Below are positions 55,601 to 62,800 of a DNA stretch of 64,000 bases, in pieces. The notes below the pieces were generated by a model. That model was not told the origin of the DNA, searched no databases, and saw nothing but the letters and a program-made list of their open reading frames with translations. Source of the DNA: a bacterium (GTDB lineage Bacteria; Margulisbacteria; Marinamargulisbacteria; GCA-2716485; JAYNIM01). A program made the position numbers and the translations under genes. The stretch is from assembly GCA_038109055.1 (NCBI GenBank), contig JAYNIM010000008.1, positions 1 through 64,000 of the forward strand. The letters are read 5' to 3'. The number at the start of each line of letters is the position of its first letter. Positions within the stretch are counted from its first letter, which is position 1.

Positions 55601-58600
55601 AAGGCGATAGGGTGTCGAAGCGCTTGGGTTGGAGGCAACAGCAGCTAAGTTGCCAGATAAGTCTGGTAACTGAAACGAGCCAGTAGAAAAGTCAATATTT
55701 TGGGTATCAATACGATCATACTCAAAATTAGCCACAAAACGTTGAATGGGCGCCATATCTGACGACGTATTAAAGGGATTAACCGCATCAAGTGCCGTAT
55801 TAAAGGTGGTTCTAAAAGAATCAAAAGCAGGAAAAAAATGTTCCAGATTAAAGTGTCTTACTTTATTGCCCTCAAAATCTTGGGTATAACGGCTGGTGGT
55901 AAAATCTTCTTGTGACCAAAAGGCATCATCAGGTTTGCCATCTTGCAAATTGTCCGAACCATACAAAGGATCTCGTTGCAATCGACCATTTGAATACTGA
56001 AAGGTAGACCCAGGATCAGCTAAAAGTTGGTCGCTACGATCCCTTAAAGCATGATCAAGAGACGGAATAAGTTTATCTGTATAACTATCAGACCTAAGAG
56101 TAGAGTTGTCTTGGTAAGAAAGCCGCGATTTTTGGTGAATGCGAGTCATGAAATTCGTGAAATAGGCATAGATAAAGGTCATGTTTTTTTCGGTATTTTC
56201 AGTGACTAATTTTTGTAAATGAACTCGATACTCTGCACGGGTCTTTTCAAAACCAACCCCCAAGCCATCCAATAGGTCTGTTGTTGCACCATAAATAAAA
56301 TTGGCAGCCATTTCTGCATAATTGAGATCATCACCTTCATTTTCAAATTCAACACGTGCATATTGATCAATTCTTAACTCAGCCAGTTGATGCATGACGT
56401 CATTAATAGATTTAACAGACTCAAAGATTTGGTTTCGAAGAGTTGTAAATGTCGTATTTATTTTTTGTGTTAAAGCAGAAATAGTGTTATTTAAGCCTTG
56501 AAGTATTTTTTCTTTTTCAGCGGTATCAGCACGTTTTTGAGGATCTCCAGCTGCTGCAGCTGGAATATTGGCGACGGCATCCTCCATAGTCGTAATAAAA
56601 TCACTGGCTAAGGCAACAACCATTTCGACACGTGTCAATGCATCACGGATCTCAGTTCCAAGTTTATCCAATGGATGATCAAAATAGCCGTCAGAGCTAG
56701 GCCCAATATCTTTAAAACTAAGCAATTGAATATAATCATCCATCTCATCACTGTCATAGGTGTCAACTTCACCAGCGCCAGAAATTTTATCGGTGGTTGA
56801 GGGTCCTTTAAAATATTTTAAATTGACATTAAAGAAGGTATAGTTCCCAAAAAGATCCGTTTGTCCTTTGGATTTAAGATACGCATAATAGGTTTTATCT
56901 AAGCGAATCATAAATCGGCTCTTATTATTTTTTAAAATACTATGCAAGCCATGAAGCAAGGCAGAGCGTTCGTTGGCAGATAATCCCGATGAGGGAAAAA
57001 TAGCATTCAATCGGGTAGCATCATCATCAAAAATATAATAATGAGAGCTATTATCAACCTTTGTGATAAAGCCATGTTGGATAAGATCAGCCATTAAATT
57101 AGCTTCGCCTGTTATCCCTAAGTCTTGACGCAACAAAGAAAGTTTTTCTTCTAAATCAACTGATTTTAACTTCGTGATATAATCTCCGCCACTAGAGTCA
57201 GGGTCAGGATTATCTGCGGAGGATGTTTGAAGAGCGGAAGCAGGTGGAGTAAGCGCCGCCAGAGCATCATTAAGCGCAGCTAATTCTTGAACCAATTGCC
57301 TAAATTGGGTTATTTCAGTGATTAATGTTTGTGCATTCGCCGGTAATTGAGCAAAAGACGCCAAGTCGAACATATCAGGGTGACTCGATAAAAAGTGAGT
57401 CATGTCACTCACAAGCGCAGTTAGATTTGTTTGCCACGTTTGAGCACTCTCTAAATCATTAACGGTTGAACCTGAGTTTTCAAAGGAGTTTAAAGATGGA
57501 AGCGCATAAAAAGTACCATTATTAAAGCGTATCCCTCTGGGGCTATCTTGATAATCAACAAATTGATAAATCCCTTGTTGACTCTCACGACTAACAACAC
57601 TCAAAACACTTGAAATAAGCGTCTGAATACTGGTATTTGAGCTTTCAATAGCAGCCTCTTTATCACGAATTTCTGTAAGTTTTGCTTGATAAGCCGTCAA
57701 ATCAGTTGTGGATGAAGAAGCGACCGCGGCTGTCGAGGGATCTTCATCTGCATCAATATACTGTTTATATAAAAGATATTCTGTATAACTGACAAAGTCA
57801 TACATATACGAGCGGCTATTTCCTTTAGTTTCAATATGAGGCATTCGAAAAACCTCGGCCCAGTCTTTATTAAAAACAGCGGCCTCTACATTAGCGCCCG
57901 CTTGAAAAAGATGGTCGTGTAAACTAAATTGCGGGTCATTAGGATCGTAATGATAGAGAGAACTAATAGGGGTGGTATCTTGAAGTCGATTGGGAGAGTG
58001 GCCAGCGAGTATAGAGGCATTAGGGGTAGCCCCAAAATTAACAGATTCACCAGCAAAGCCTAGGCCATATGCAGTATGAAAGTTTGCCGCAATTTCTTGA
58101 CGTTGTTCAAAATGCTGGTCATTAAACACAAAAACAGTATCAAAATCATTGTCAGAGCGAGGCTCTAAGCCCTTGCCCAAACTAGGATCTAGGACATACT
58201 GGGCCTCAGGAAGGTTTAAAAACACCAACATATGGCCCTGAGGACCATCAGACGTTTGTGCGTAACCTGCAGCAAGTTGAACCATGCGACGACTTTGGTC
58301 GAAGGAAATCCCTTTATAATCCTCTAAAACATGCAACAGTAACGAGGCCTGAACAATAGCTAAATCTTCACAGTCCCCCTGTTGTGTCGCAAACGTTTCA
58401 CCGATAGATTGCCAATGATCTGTTGAGCCAAGTGCATGAGTCGAGGTCTCAGAGACATAGCGAAAGCGTTTTTGAACGTAATTAAGCAATTTAACAGAGA
58501 GTTCTTCAATCGACATCCCAGCACTAAGCTGGCCACTCTCAAAAAGCTGCCGAACAGTGTCCCGAATATGCCCATCCTGACTATTAACCAAATATTGCTG

Positions 58601-59092
58601 TTTACGAAAGGCCCAAGCCCGAGGGGATAAGGTTGTTTCAAACGAGGATTTAAGAGAGTCCCAAGGAGCAAGGTCACGCTGTTGTTGGATTGTCATCTGT
58701 TCAAGACAGGCAAGAAGTCGGTTTTGGGTGGCAATATCAATATCGAGTGAAGAAAGAGAATCCGCCTGAGAAACAAAAAAACGTTTGAGGGCAGCAAGGG
58801 TAGTAGGCGGTAAAGGGTCTGCCGAGGCCAGAGTTGTTAAGGCTGTTTTAATGCCATCACGATTCATGTCATCATCAAAAGACAAGGCCTCAAGTTGCGA
58901 GGCCAAAGACTTTAAGGTATTGGACAAGTCAGGAGCAAGATCATAGTGTTTTGGCGCTAAGGTATCAGATGAAGGGGTGGTCTGAGGAAAAGGAATAGGG
59001 GAAACAGGACGATTATTCTGATCGGGTGTAGACAACTCAAGCGAGTCGTCTTCAGGTTGCGCGATAAACGATGAGTCAATATGTAATGCCAT
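43667..59092 (-). CDS. Giant 5141-aa protein with an N-terminal transglutaminase-like (LapG/BTLCP-type) cysteine protease domain
   Basis: Uninterrupted 15.4-kb ORF; FRYVSE..DHWQSIGETF..GDCEDLA (C241), GHMLV (H287), YVLDP (D302); remainder mostly helical and unassigned. Confidence 0.85.
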   Translation of the reverse strand: MALHIDSSFIAQPEDDSLELSTPDQNNRPVSPIPFPQTTPSSDTLAPKHYDLAPDLSNTLKSLASQLEALSFDDDMNRDGIKTALTTLASADPLPPTTLAALKRFFVSQADSLSSLDIDIATQNRLLACLEQMTIQQQRDLAPWDSLKSSFETTLSPRAWAFRKQQYLVNSQDGHIRDTVRQLFESGQLSAGMSIEELSVKLLNYVQKRFRYVSETSTHALGSTDHWQSIGETFATQQGDCEDLAIVQASLLLHVLEDYKGISFDQSRRMVQLAAGYAQTSDGPQGHMLVFLNLPEAQYVLDPSLGKGLEPRSDNDFDTVFVFNDQHFEQRQEIAANFHTAYGLGFAGESVNFGATPNASILAGHSPNRLQDTTPISSLYHYDPNDPQFSLHDHLFQAGANVEAAVFNKDWAEVFRMPHIETKGNSRSYMYDFVSYTEYLLYKQYIDADEDPSTAAVASSSTTDLTAYQAKLTEIRDKEAAIESSNTSIQTLISSVLSVVSRESQQGIYQFVDYQDSPRGIRFNNGTFYALPSLNSFENSGSTVNDLESAQTWQTNLTALVSDMTHFLSSHPDMFDLASFAQLPANAQTLITEITQFRQLVQELAALNDALAALTPPASALQTSSADNPDPDSSGGDYITKLKSVDLEEKLSLLRQDLGITGEANLMADLIQHGFITKVDNSSHYYIFDDDATRLNAIFPSSGLSANERSALLHGLHSILKNNKSRFMIRLDKTYYAYLKSKGQTDLFGNYTFFNVNLKYFKGPSTTDKISGAGEVDTYDSDEMDDYIQLLSFKDIGPSSDGYFDHPLDKLGTEIRDALTRVEMVVALASDFITTMEDAVANIPAAAAGDPQKRADTAEKEKILQGLNNTISALTQKINTTFTTLRNQIFESVKSINDVMHQLAELRIDQYARVEFENEGDDLNYAEMAANFIYGATTDLLDGLGVGFEKTRAEYRVHLQKLVTENTEKNMTFIYAYFTNFMTRIHQKSRLSYQDNSTLRSDSYTDKLIPSLDHALRDRSDQLLADPGSTFQYSNGRLQRDPLYGSDNLQDGKPDDAFWSQEDFTTSRYTQDFEGNKVRHFNLEHFFPAFDSFRTTFNTALDAVNPFNTSSDMAPIQRFVANFEYDRIDTQNIDFSTGSFQLPDLSGNLAAVASNPSASTPYRLFHPQMRDDRIRAGQDDSGRLFMRHQRGAMRSDVIYTPGTSAKDILGKSNDIDAEDVLSEDSSIVASILDQIQNGISSVTDLGSISQLLVPSEATRTSPFIDMNSFWYVDLLDKLNAYERFLNLLFISLSAIQQYQLDAAAGIAQAAGAQSRPVKTTVNKIMSSRFMAEFSLANQTLEKLNDQFKDYKEAINTLIKHQQEYYLNNLEQTLNITKSTVAITNFGIAQGLATALEVASKAWSAPGSPPPIPKQFSFPVFWRVGSGIVDRAFDEKEYNIHKTFYRYQTPYLLQYYPVLFPKNKWSPLYDQEDDLARVSLGRGGGFYGVDSLTNFSPSFSAANHNNAPYDSRHKPFDNSIYQGSNEATPDQFWMTNRLNGSLAARTDLLLGQYPKLDYRRNSLFFDGTPSAKNRLSQDFLAKSYFHLDDTRIALRRLAAGRIETLPTGTGFAGDDNNALLDYRIPHLEHAFPGRQETQKLPLLLPTGSGGFTKNSLALSMIEQSHFRGMQGLEMYFNIWMHYLETLSNTTASILQLFAKTSSRHQLTLSSLDQLRDGLQQAFSTLVSFETSLKDTFKSELDTLITAFKHNVDVNKTIRKKYYDFSESMLDFSLSLYALRQILNTGPAAYISPIPWMRAKKRLEAQDLILDLVESPLSHSQPYSDLRTTYFEQPRIDERMNTLADWRRTQSSAFDMELYQGNPGHHFYDEYNEPLYNSPSHPNQSRLNSVSSPHTFLPSYALRDLDISSDGQSATLSDEGQRHYHARDFLSLFHHHTSDSTPFFNGLHTQSMDNLRALSQPNINGNNGDSNYDELFSRSVSADPFYYPALTSRATRNNFISDSNSGSYVPNFGTFRSLEPLEEGQPNFINRSGRFENSSQTFKTGIFDSTKNDVRAYDGSIESQYDTDGSALFDFALNFSQLNFENLALMDEKMNVDYLQRLKLFQLINMYTDTLRKSVDKVIRDFSGVENRSSQGVMQQAMQALDAYSQVQQALSSAFVEELSAQVQLYNDYLTTKTTLTLETAVDTVYLAAISSYVIASAVGATAETKTSMKDKLEKLISAQRVVKGIKTVATAVVGLYRFFSLRDAASSKHSNLLTDFFPVDDTLAASTDDVSDTDDKKKNAALNREKDDGLRASNIVKNVGGSTVETKLNDAQLIKTSSMGTTIINRGALIKKRLELKKQKNRATMVMDIFDSAMQTLASASDVAGQGAVIGNAFSMSKKGMGAFQSLLSRKLDRLTAKLEQLKESRDRAVNDIRSIVFEFVTKMGVLGLKAFGGRVMSSSQGKKATAALSKKWLRIKFKLKFKNNLFSSNNSARKLKFIFNKLVFPQGFSENTGFLQLFIARILGNLAKSEGALQSSFDSEDMFQDGSDLGDAGGISGDQLPTADMENLMFEADLMKGNVQIRKELLKEQKALQGMFSTDISLSLQHFMQKVFERFLLKRYLNKTSPTSTTAAVFVNTLRAIPFLLLDKKKKKLRRLDIMHDKNLNNILFADGQEDDWNKGETPFINPLTRALAQKMGVDGKSALMTPQEVKEHAKKLANLDPINDLDKMPSDQKALFHPSDAELEEKFAEEWEKKTNPEKASEIRLEFQDLNTSQQNKFADDATRYGMAADDFRQNKPNTDIPLLDSIYKEVFIKREKEKEKENAVNAVKKRHKKKRMLLNGILAAASLPVSVPGEVLSYISSKINPKPDSTTAKVGDVTSHIIGGLGDILSSPFIESRLSRDAKDLSFKVGQKWSNSTIGRTFTNMHNWLVTDIPTNKPFNLLRRVLLSLSLPVSLIKLIFPHNWVYLTAFLDVLVNNSSHTKDSQALLKDGFVGLTGMTRHAWPMTDPNPTDPQDILKEAVRTEKDDRRHILQHGSAYEPSAEVGDMAGIATFANIKNIKTTVSDHFDDTDGQNKAPTSQELRVLMALGDVPSTTTSDDIKQDAAEGLSQIFDKLGLTAAIQSHKSKKEIHGILRYGLKIARDATDPGKREALLSGGTKLSDEQKQGLTSILPDKNAEDTLMAQLVGFIDPKTSAAEVRKHAVQLAAKHANANSTTASIKDSIAQFETAIHGFGKDSKGKGGFSKGLTGLKERREMVQKLTQSYDAYRDYADSSSSKYFRSKEARQILGDVLQTGSAHTFEDDDGSLVSKLKELSGDSDEGGLETTLEELLKLKSDDSTIFKKLREGLSQGSFNKNDVANFLSGNTTSQNLVQILGSTGLSNPLDSTLSNNIANVLNALGATDEPSFDSDTLSFEDIGLAYSMLSLNKSQLNWQMGAGGTSSINPKKALKLLHSSDSKQGLALYDDHIEALRKKKVGIDFEGTKKGFTFRTRKAKDPIASQLFDQLTQARLEVADEDDRENPAYLSRLPSEQTTHLTDHPSSFLKSLQRRADDSVNASVLAREFIGYMWGQMQYASGDPGSPQTIIEEKRALNALISLKKDFAILDKQTKERILEGVKNLNDQGGGGILRDETKRFLGHVLRGDSLAFNADIAQLSGFEDFDTEDEAYEVLRKKDKDEVDLFKRDQLVLRMEPYKKQAPDSPNPAGNAGGLAVAGPQNTQGPGTMAVAGPQNTQGPGTMAVAGSQNTQGPGTMAVAGSQTQGPVALAALGPQTTPTSAQAVSTDGSAPVPGAPVAESMAFAVENLAQEYAEKFAESDDAKDPAVASKIVSHAQAYIKKFQKHFSSLDKAESKRIEKLIQKYIKEPKDPGDVAINTFAIAASLDSIVANPSSPHILPQFDINHFMEQDEATATLRTAYTQFLSPTLRSKLSHLSDNLDSIDDDDPNTPHPKAQQRESHSSSEDTEDEDLLFDDRVDLAPLQLAPSSLSEDLVAALVDLSFASLSEDAMACFESVYALVVKALLSRFNDMGRPKALLALESLTPDSPPGTLQRQLIEDCFSLSCVDPSLASLFSLLEVAYVVSQWPQQSALLHVYLLYVTPLSQLQVWLQGHSSVTLSGSLRFDLTAYHSQRSLQVLQRLYTLAGDHAFVSDALSQSDTDFLALLSQPLTELAQRPFWLAACHAMAVFYEASDPCLTNRRLQVSLQRCYAFQEDLFGTGLHTVITARLDTQPSLLRLWQASGCWLAFLGSLSELEFSTLTSLLPEIDAALLKQLYTHCRTRSQLESVLEQPWSVFQDKKHLARIPTFLMTCPELLVKGLYYHPRYFVQFCLACAHFPHHKLYQDLFDLLPSSITDQLQPLLRHAVAILSCLHTPTPDHWLMMILARRMDQRHRLTMLWALWLLDSTLFTSVFTSFHGRISASLFHYLRLDTGQPLAASSCRSLFKSLKKEGYINASSYPTARLHEGVLQQHAPLQSLAASFGLHLRSLCQRLHLLRDQQERWVSLFSQHPPDGLHLLPAFSRFRHALTRMTGYFSSQTHDQFNRIDALALSGLDTVSTPTLGLSHLKELLSLLRPYEARFRLSVDKDVANVLTRRPCFTFAYVFQLWTLFDHLLRQHFMQQELGHTLESIWRSLSKQLLLFALGSHTIASDSEALSQLLSTLFSYDSKGFQHPFHWAFSRGTALQRSALFTMLLAIPSISLPDLLRCIGFVDPSKPYPAAIAAALPLDDAQLLLAYCDSGQGHLPAHCLLPALQSYYTSQPTAIGFLKTALFLNQAQPGLSVRDWQLFPVLLSIDTETLLGFLVLLDPTLRQTCLRFVQQKRHDISDLDTHLSQTLQDCHHGRCHTSGPLLLAQLCFLLRFTQHTDKAVVFASACQKLPAEHCSSLLDLILQDPRHSQALFLLFDSQEGLNTCFSQALCKTASSLPAKSWFMAFRSPSLKKALLDMALLNPQYAHLPALVIEQSKTASIPLDDVPELYLALGCQWASVTESVPFSSAELPPSPSPDDNSFIDTSTWMLRFSRSQGLSITQKKLFHHALRDPDFVSAFVRHLDQMLDTKVPEALIILQRLLSQGHFKHQSFFHTLWQSLLEIDPVLSSTFQATLTQHMTQPRSQQQPQDFQRLLTLLLPFLDSASKHQIKTYYVGRSSKKKAPQKNTV
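47846..48001 (-). repeat. Coding tandem repeat, 42-bp unit, 3 full copies plus one partial (AVAG[P/S]QNTQGPGTM)
   Basis: Near-identical direct repeats of tgagRcccagcaacagccatagttccaggaccctgagtattt with no spacers. Confidence 0.95.
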
Positions 59093-59119
59093 AAGTTAGT
59101 CTTTTGATCCTTGTGGGGT

Positions 59120-59146
59120 ATATCGAAGAATACGGCATAAAACTTG
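59120..59146 (-). promoter_or_regulatory. sigma-28 (FliA/SigD)-like promoter upstream of the giant gene
   Basis: Minus strand CAAG(TTTT)-N15-TTCGATAT against the consensus TAAA-N15-GCCGATAA/T. Confidence 0.5.
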
Positions 59147-59183
59147 TATCAAAACGGAGCTAAACGAAAAAAAGAAAACGAAA

Positions 59184-59747
59184 TTAAGAAAGATTGAGCT
59201 TTTTTTCTTTATCCGCCTGAAAGGTATTAATACATGCATCGCCAAAATAGTGACGTAGCTCTTTTTCATGAGGCAGACTCAAACACGTCAATAAATAGGG
59301 CTGAATTTTACTAAAACCACGCGCGTTAATACAGTACCAAAAACGCGAGTGTATAGCGGGAGGATGCTGCTCTAGGGCGGCAAGTAAGACGGGGGAAACA
59401 TCATAGGGGCTATGGATCAGTCCTGCTTGAATCAAGGCAATATAGTCAGCCTTTTCACTACGGGCTAGTAAGGTAACTAAAAAATTCTGAGGGGTATAAT
59501 GATGAACAGTCGCCAAGGTTGCAATACACAAGGTCTGAGCCAAGGTTGGAAAGGAATCAAAACGAGCACAGAGCTCAGGCAGTACAGAGGCCTGTTTATG
59601 ACACAATATCTGAAGCGCCAAGCTAAGTTCTGCAGCAGAAGCATCTGATTGCAAGGTCTCAAACAAAAACTGGATGTCAGGCGCTTCTAACAAAAAACCA
59701 TCCAAACAGCGTTCCTCAAGCAACAGTAAACGGGTTAATATGTCCAT
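59184..59747 (-). CDS. Hypothetical all-helical, HEAT-like protein
   Basis: 187-aa Leu-rich helical pairs; extended -10 TGCTATACT 10 nt upstream. Confidence 0.6.
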   Translation of the reverse strand: MDILTRLLLLEERCLDGFLLEAPDIQFLFETLQSDASAAELSLALQILCHKQASVLPELCARFDSFPTLAQTLCIATLATVHHYTPQNFLVTLLARSEKADYIALIQAGLIHSPYDVSPVLLAALEQHPPAIHSRFWYCINARGFSKIQPYLLTCLSLPHEKELRHYFGDACINTFQADKEKKLNLS

Positions 59748-59810
59748 GCTATAGCAAAGTATAGCATGGTCATCAGTTCAGGGGTTATCTGCGGGTTTTG
59801 TATTTAATAC

Positions 59811-62800
59811 CTAAGCAAATTGTCTCTGAATATAAGCTCGTCTTGAACGAGCTGCCGTGACAAGGCGTTTGGGAGCGGTATAAGGGGATATATCTTGAAT
59901 ATGAGGAAGGGGTAACCCTGTATGAGAAGAAAAGGAGTGCCCTGATCCAGGGTACGAAACTACCTGTTCGTGTGTAGGAAAAGGATGTGTGCCTGTATAG
60001 GTAGACCATCTTGAAGGGGTTTTCGGGACAGGGCGGCGGGGAAAACGAACGACTGGGGGATAAGAATACCCACTATCAATTTTTCGACGACGGAGGGCTG
60101 CTGGTTGACGAGGCATTGAACAAGGAGGTAGAGAAGGAGCTGATGGAAATGCTGGTAAAGGACGTGTAGATCTGAAAGCGGGACGGTGGTCAAGATGACC
60201 CGCAGCAAAATCTGGGCTAGAAGGGGTTGAAAAGACCGAAGAACCTTCAGAGGCATCAGAACCATCAGAGAGATACCCTGCAGTAGTGTTTAAACATGGG
60301 TTAAGGTAGCCTTGTTTTCTTTCAGACTCAGCCAGCTGCTCACAGACGGCCCGTCCATCCAAATCAGGATTTTGTATTAATTTATCCCAAAGTTTAACAC
60401 AAGTAGAAGCATTTGGGCGCTTTTCAGGTCTTTGTCGAAGACAGGCAAAACAAAACTCTTGAGCCGCTTTTTCTAAGTAATTAGAAACAGGTCTTCTAGA
60501 AATGTCATTAACTAAGGCCGCATGGAACTCTTCAGGAGTGGGGCGATAGCGAATGTCACCGAAGTGGGTCTGAATAAATTGGGCTGTTAACTCACTAGGG
60601 TGTTGTTTTTCGCAGTCGAAAAAAAATGGAAATTGTGTGCCAGTCACAAGCTCATAAATACTCAGGCCCAATGCATAGATATCAGCCTCCTTGCGTGGCG
60701 CCATCTCGTCTTTTCTACTGGGTTCGGGGCCAGTGAGTGATGACCGGGTATATCCAGCATAATGACGACCATTTAACTGCAAAGATGAAGCGCCAAAGTC
60801 AATAAACTGGACCTTGCCAGTAGTAGGATCTTGCATGATATTTTCAGATTTTATATCACCATGAACAATGTTTTTTGCATGAAGGTCTGCCATGGACGCC
60901 AGAAGAGTTTTTACCTGAGACGAAAGGTGAATATTTGGTAGCTTATTTTTCTCTTTAAGCACCATATACAGTTCTTCACTGTCAGTGCGATAAACAGCTA
61001 GGACATCGTCCGGATTAGCCTGACATGTTGCCAAAATCTCAATTAAAGCCTCTTCATACGTACACTCTCGATGAGTATGATTTCCTGCAGTGACTCTTTT
61101 TAAAATACAAGAGTCTTCTAACCTCTGACTAATGATTTGGGCATTTTTACCCTCAAACTGATAAACACCAGGCGCGAGTTTGTTTGAATAGCTCTTAACC
61201 TCCTGTATATTTGTAATAGTTTGAAAAGGAATCTTAAGGTTATCGATCATTCGTTGAAATTGACGATTGATCATATCTGAACCATGCTGATGAGCAGGAC
61301 AAGACTTAGCTATTGGACGCTGAGGATGAACCTCATAGCGACCAGGGTGCACGGAATGTGTGGGCGGATGATCCAATCTACGCTCAACAGTTCTGTGCGT
61401 ATCTACCCCTGTACGCTGAGAAGCGTATCCAGACCAAGGGGGTGCTGCACTACGACGCCCAGCTCTACGATGGGGCACTTCGCGTTCATAGGGATGGCCC
61501 CCAAATTCACGATATTTATGGCGAGCATGAGCATGACGATCAGCTGAGATAACACAGGCAAGCTCGGAGTTATCACTAGACCTGTGTGTATTATCTTTAA
61601 AAGAAGATTGTAAGGCCTGAATACTTTCCTGAAAGTTATCTAATAGTTTGGTAACCGTTTCGTGGTTTTCGTCATCCAAATCAGTCCGAAATATAGCCGA
61701 TAAGTGTTGAGTCACGGTGTCACTGTCTAATGTTTGATCCAATAGTTGATCAAACAGGGTATAAAAGTCCGCCTTAGAAGCCTCAACAATAATTTGGACA
61801 GAAAGAGGGTTCGTCATACGAGAAAAGGGGAGAATTAAATTAGCTAACAAGGTTCGTTTATAGATGTGGAATAAATCGTTATAATTCTTTGTTTTGGCGT
61901 CTAATTGGGCAGAATCCGAAAGATCATGACAATAATAGGTCTTGAGTGTACCAGGGGTTTGCTGCGCATTTCTTGGGATACTAAAACGACCTTCAAGTTG
62001 TTTTAATTGATGGGGGGATAGCGCCATTTCTCCAGCGTAGAATCCGAGGCCACCCTGGGCATGATTGACTTGCCAATCAGTCCCACGTCCTATCTGGGAG
62101 AGAGTACCAACAATCACATTGGGACGCAGTAAGCCCTCTTCTACAAGTTTAGCATCAGCATCATTATGCAAGGTGCCTTGATATAAAAAAGACCCTTTTA
62201 GTTGAGAATGTAGAGCTTTTGCTCGCTCTAGGGTATCAGTGGCAACCAAGATGGGTCTAGTAGAACGTTTATGTTTCTCTTTCTCTTTCTCAATGGCTGA
62301 GATAACAGCCTGATCAGGATTGGAACATTGTTTGTGAGTAGTCTTAATATCTGACACTTCTCTAGGAGGAATAACAATATTGGTCGTCCTAGGAGAAAGA
62401 AGCTTTTGCATGACCTGTTGCGACCCTGCTTCTATACAAGATGAGTCAGTTGGGTCAGAGAAAGCGGTTGCAGAGATGCCTATCATTGAGTTAAATTGTT
62501 TCGCCATCTCAACATAAGGAACAGTCACTCCCCGTAAGGAAGGAGCTTTAGGCGTTATTCCATACTGACATAAGAGAAGCCCATGAGTAATACCAGACAT
62601 ATAAGTCCCTTCAGAATAGCGGCCATCAGGCTTCATAGGGATTAAATCAAAACCGAGGCTATTTTCTAGCTCTCTATCATTTAAATCCTTAAGTTTACCC
62701 TCAAGTTCTCCATAAGCAGATTGTAGCGTTTCTTTGGTATAAGGAAATCCAAATTGGTTCATTTCGCAAACAAATTTTTCAGTGACCTGACTGACGGTTT

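Noticed and set aside
43667..59092. RTX/LapA adhesin, Rhs/YD toxin, hemagglutinin or NRPS/PKS
   Set aside because: No GGxGxD, YD, Ig/cadherin-like or adenylation/ketosynthase motifs seen; the sequence looks mostly helical
61284..61552. Antisense ORFs of 79-87 aa in the SecA-kinase linker
   Set aside because: Lie in a locally GC-richer patch opposite a long CDS, with no RBS or recognisable motif; likely shadow ORFs
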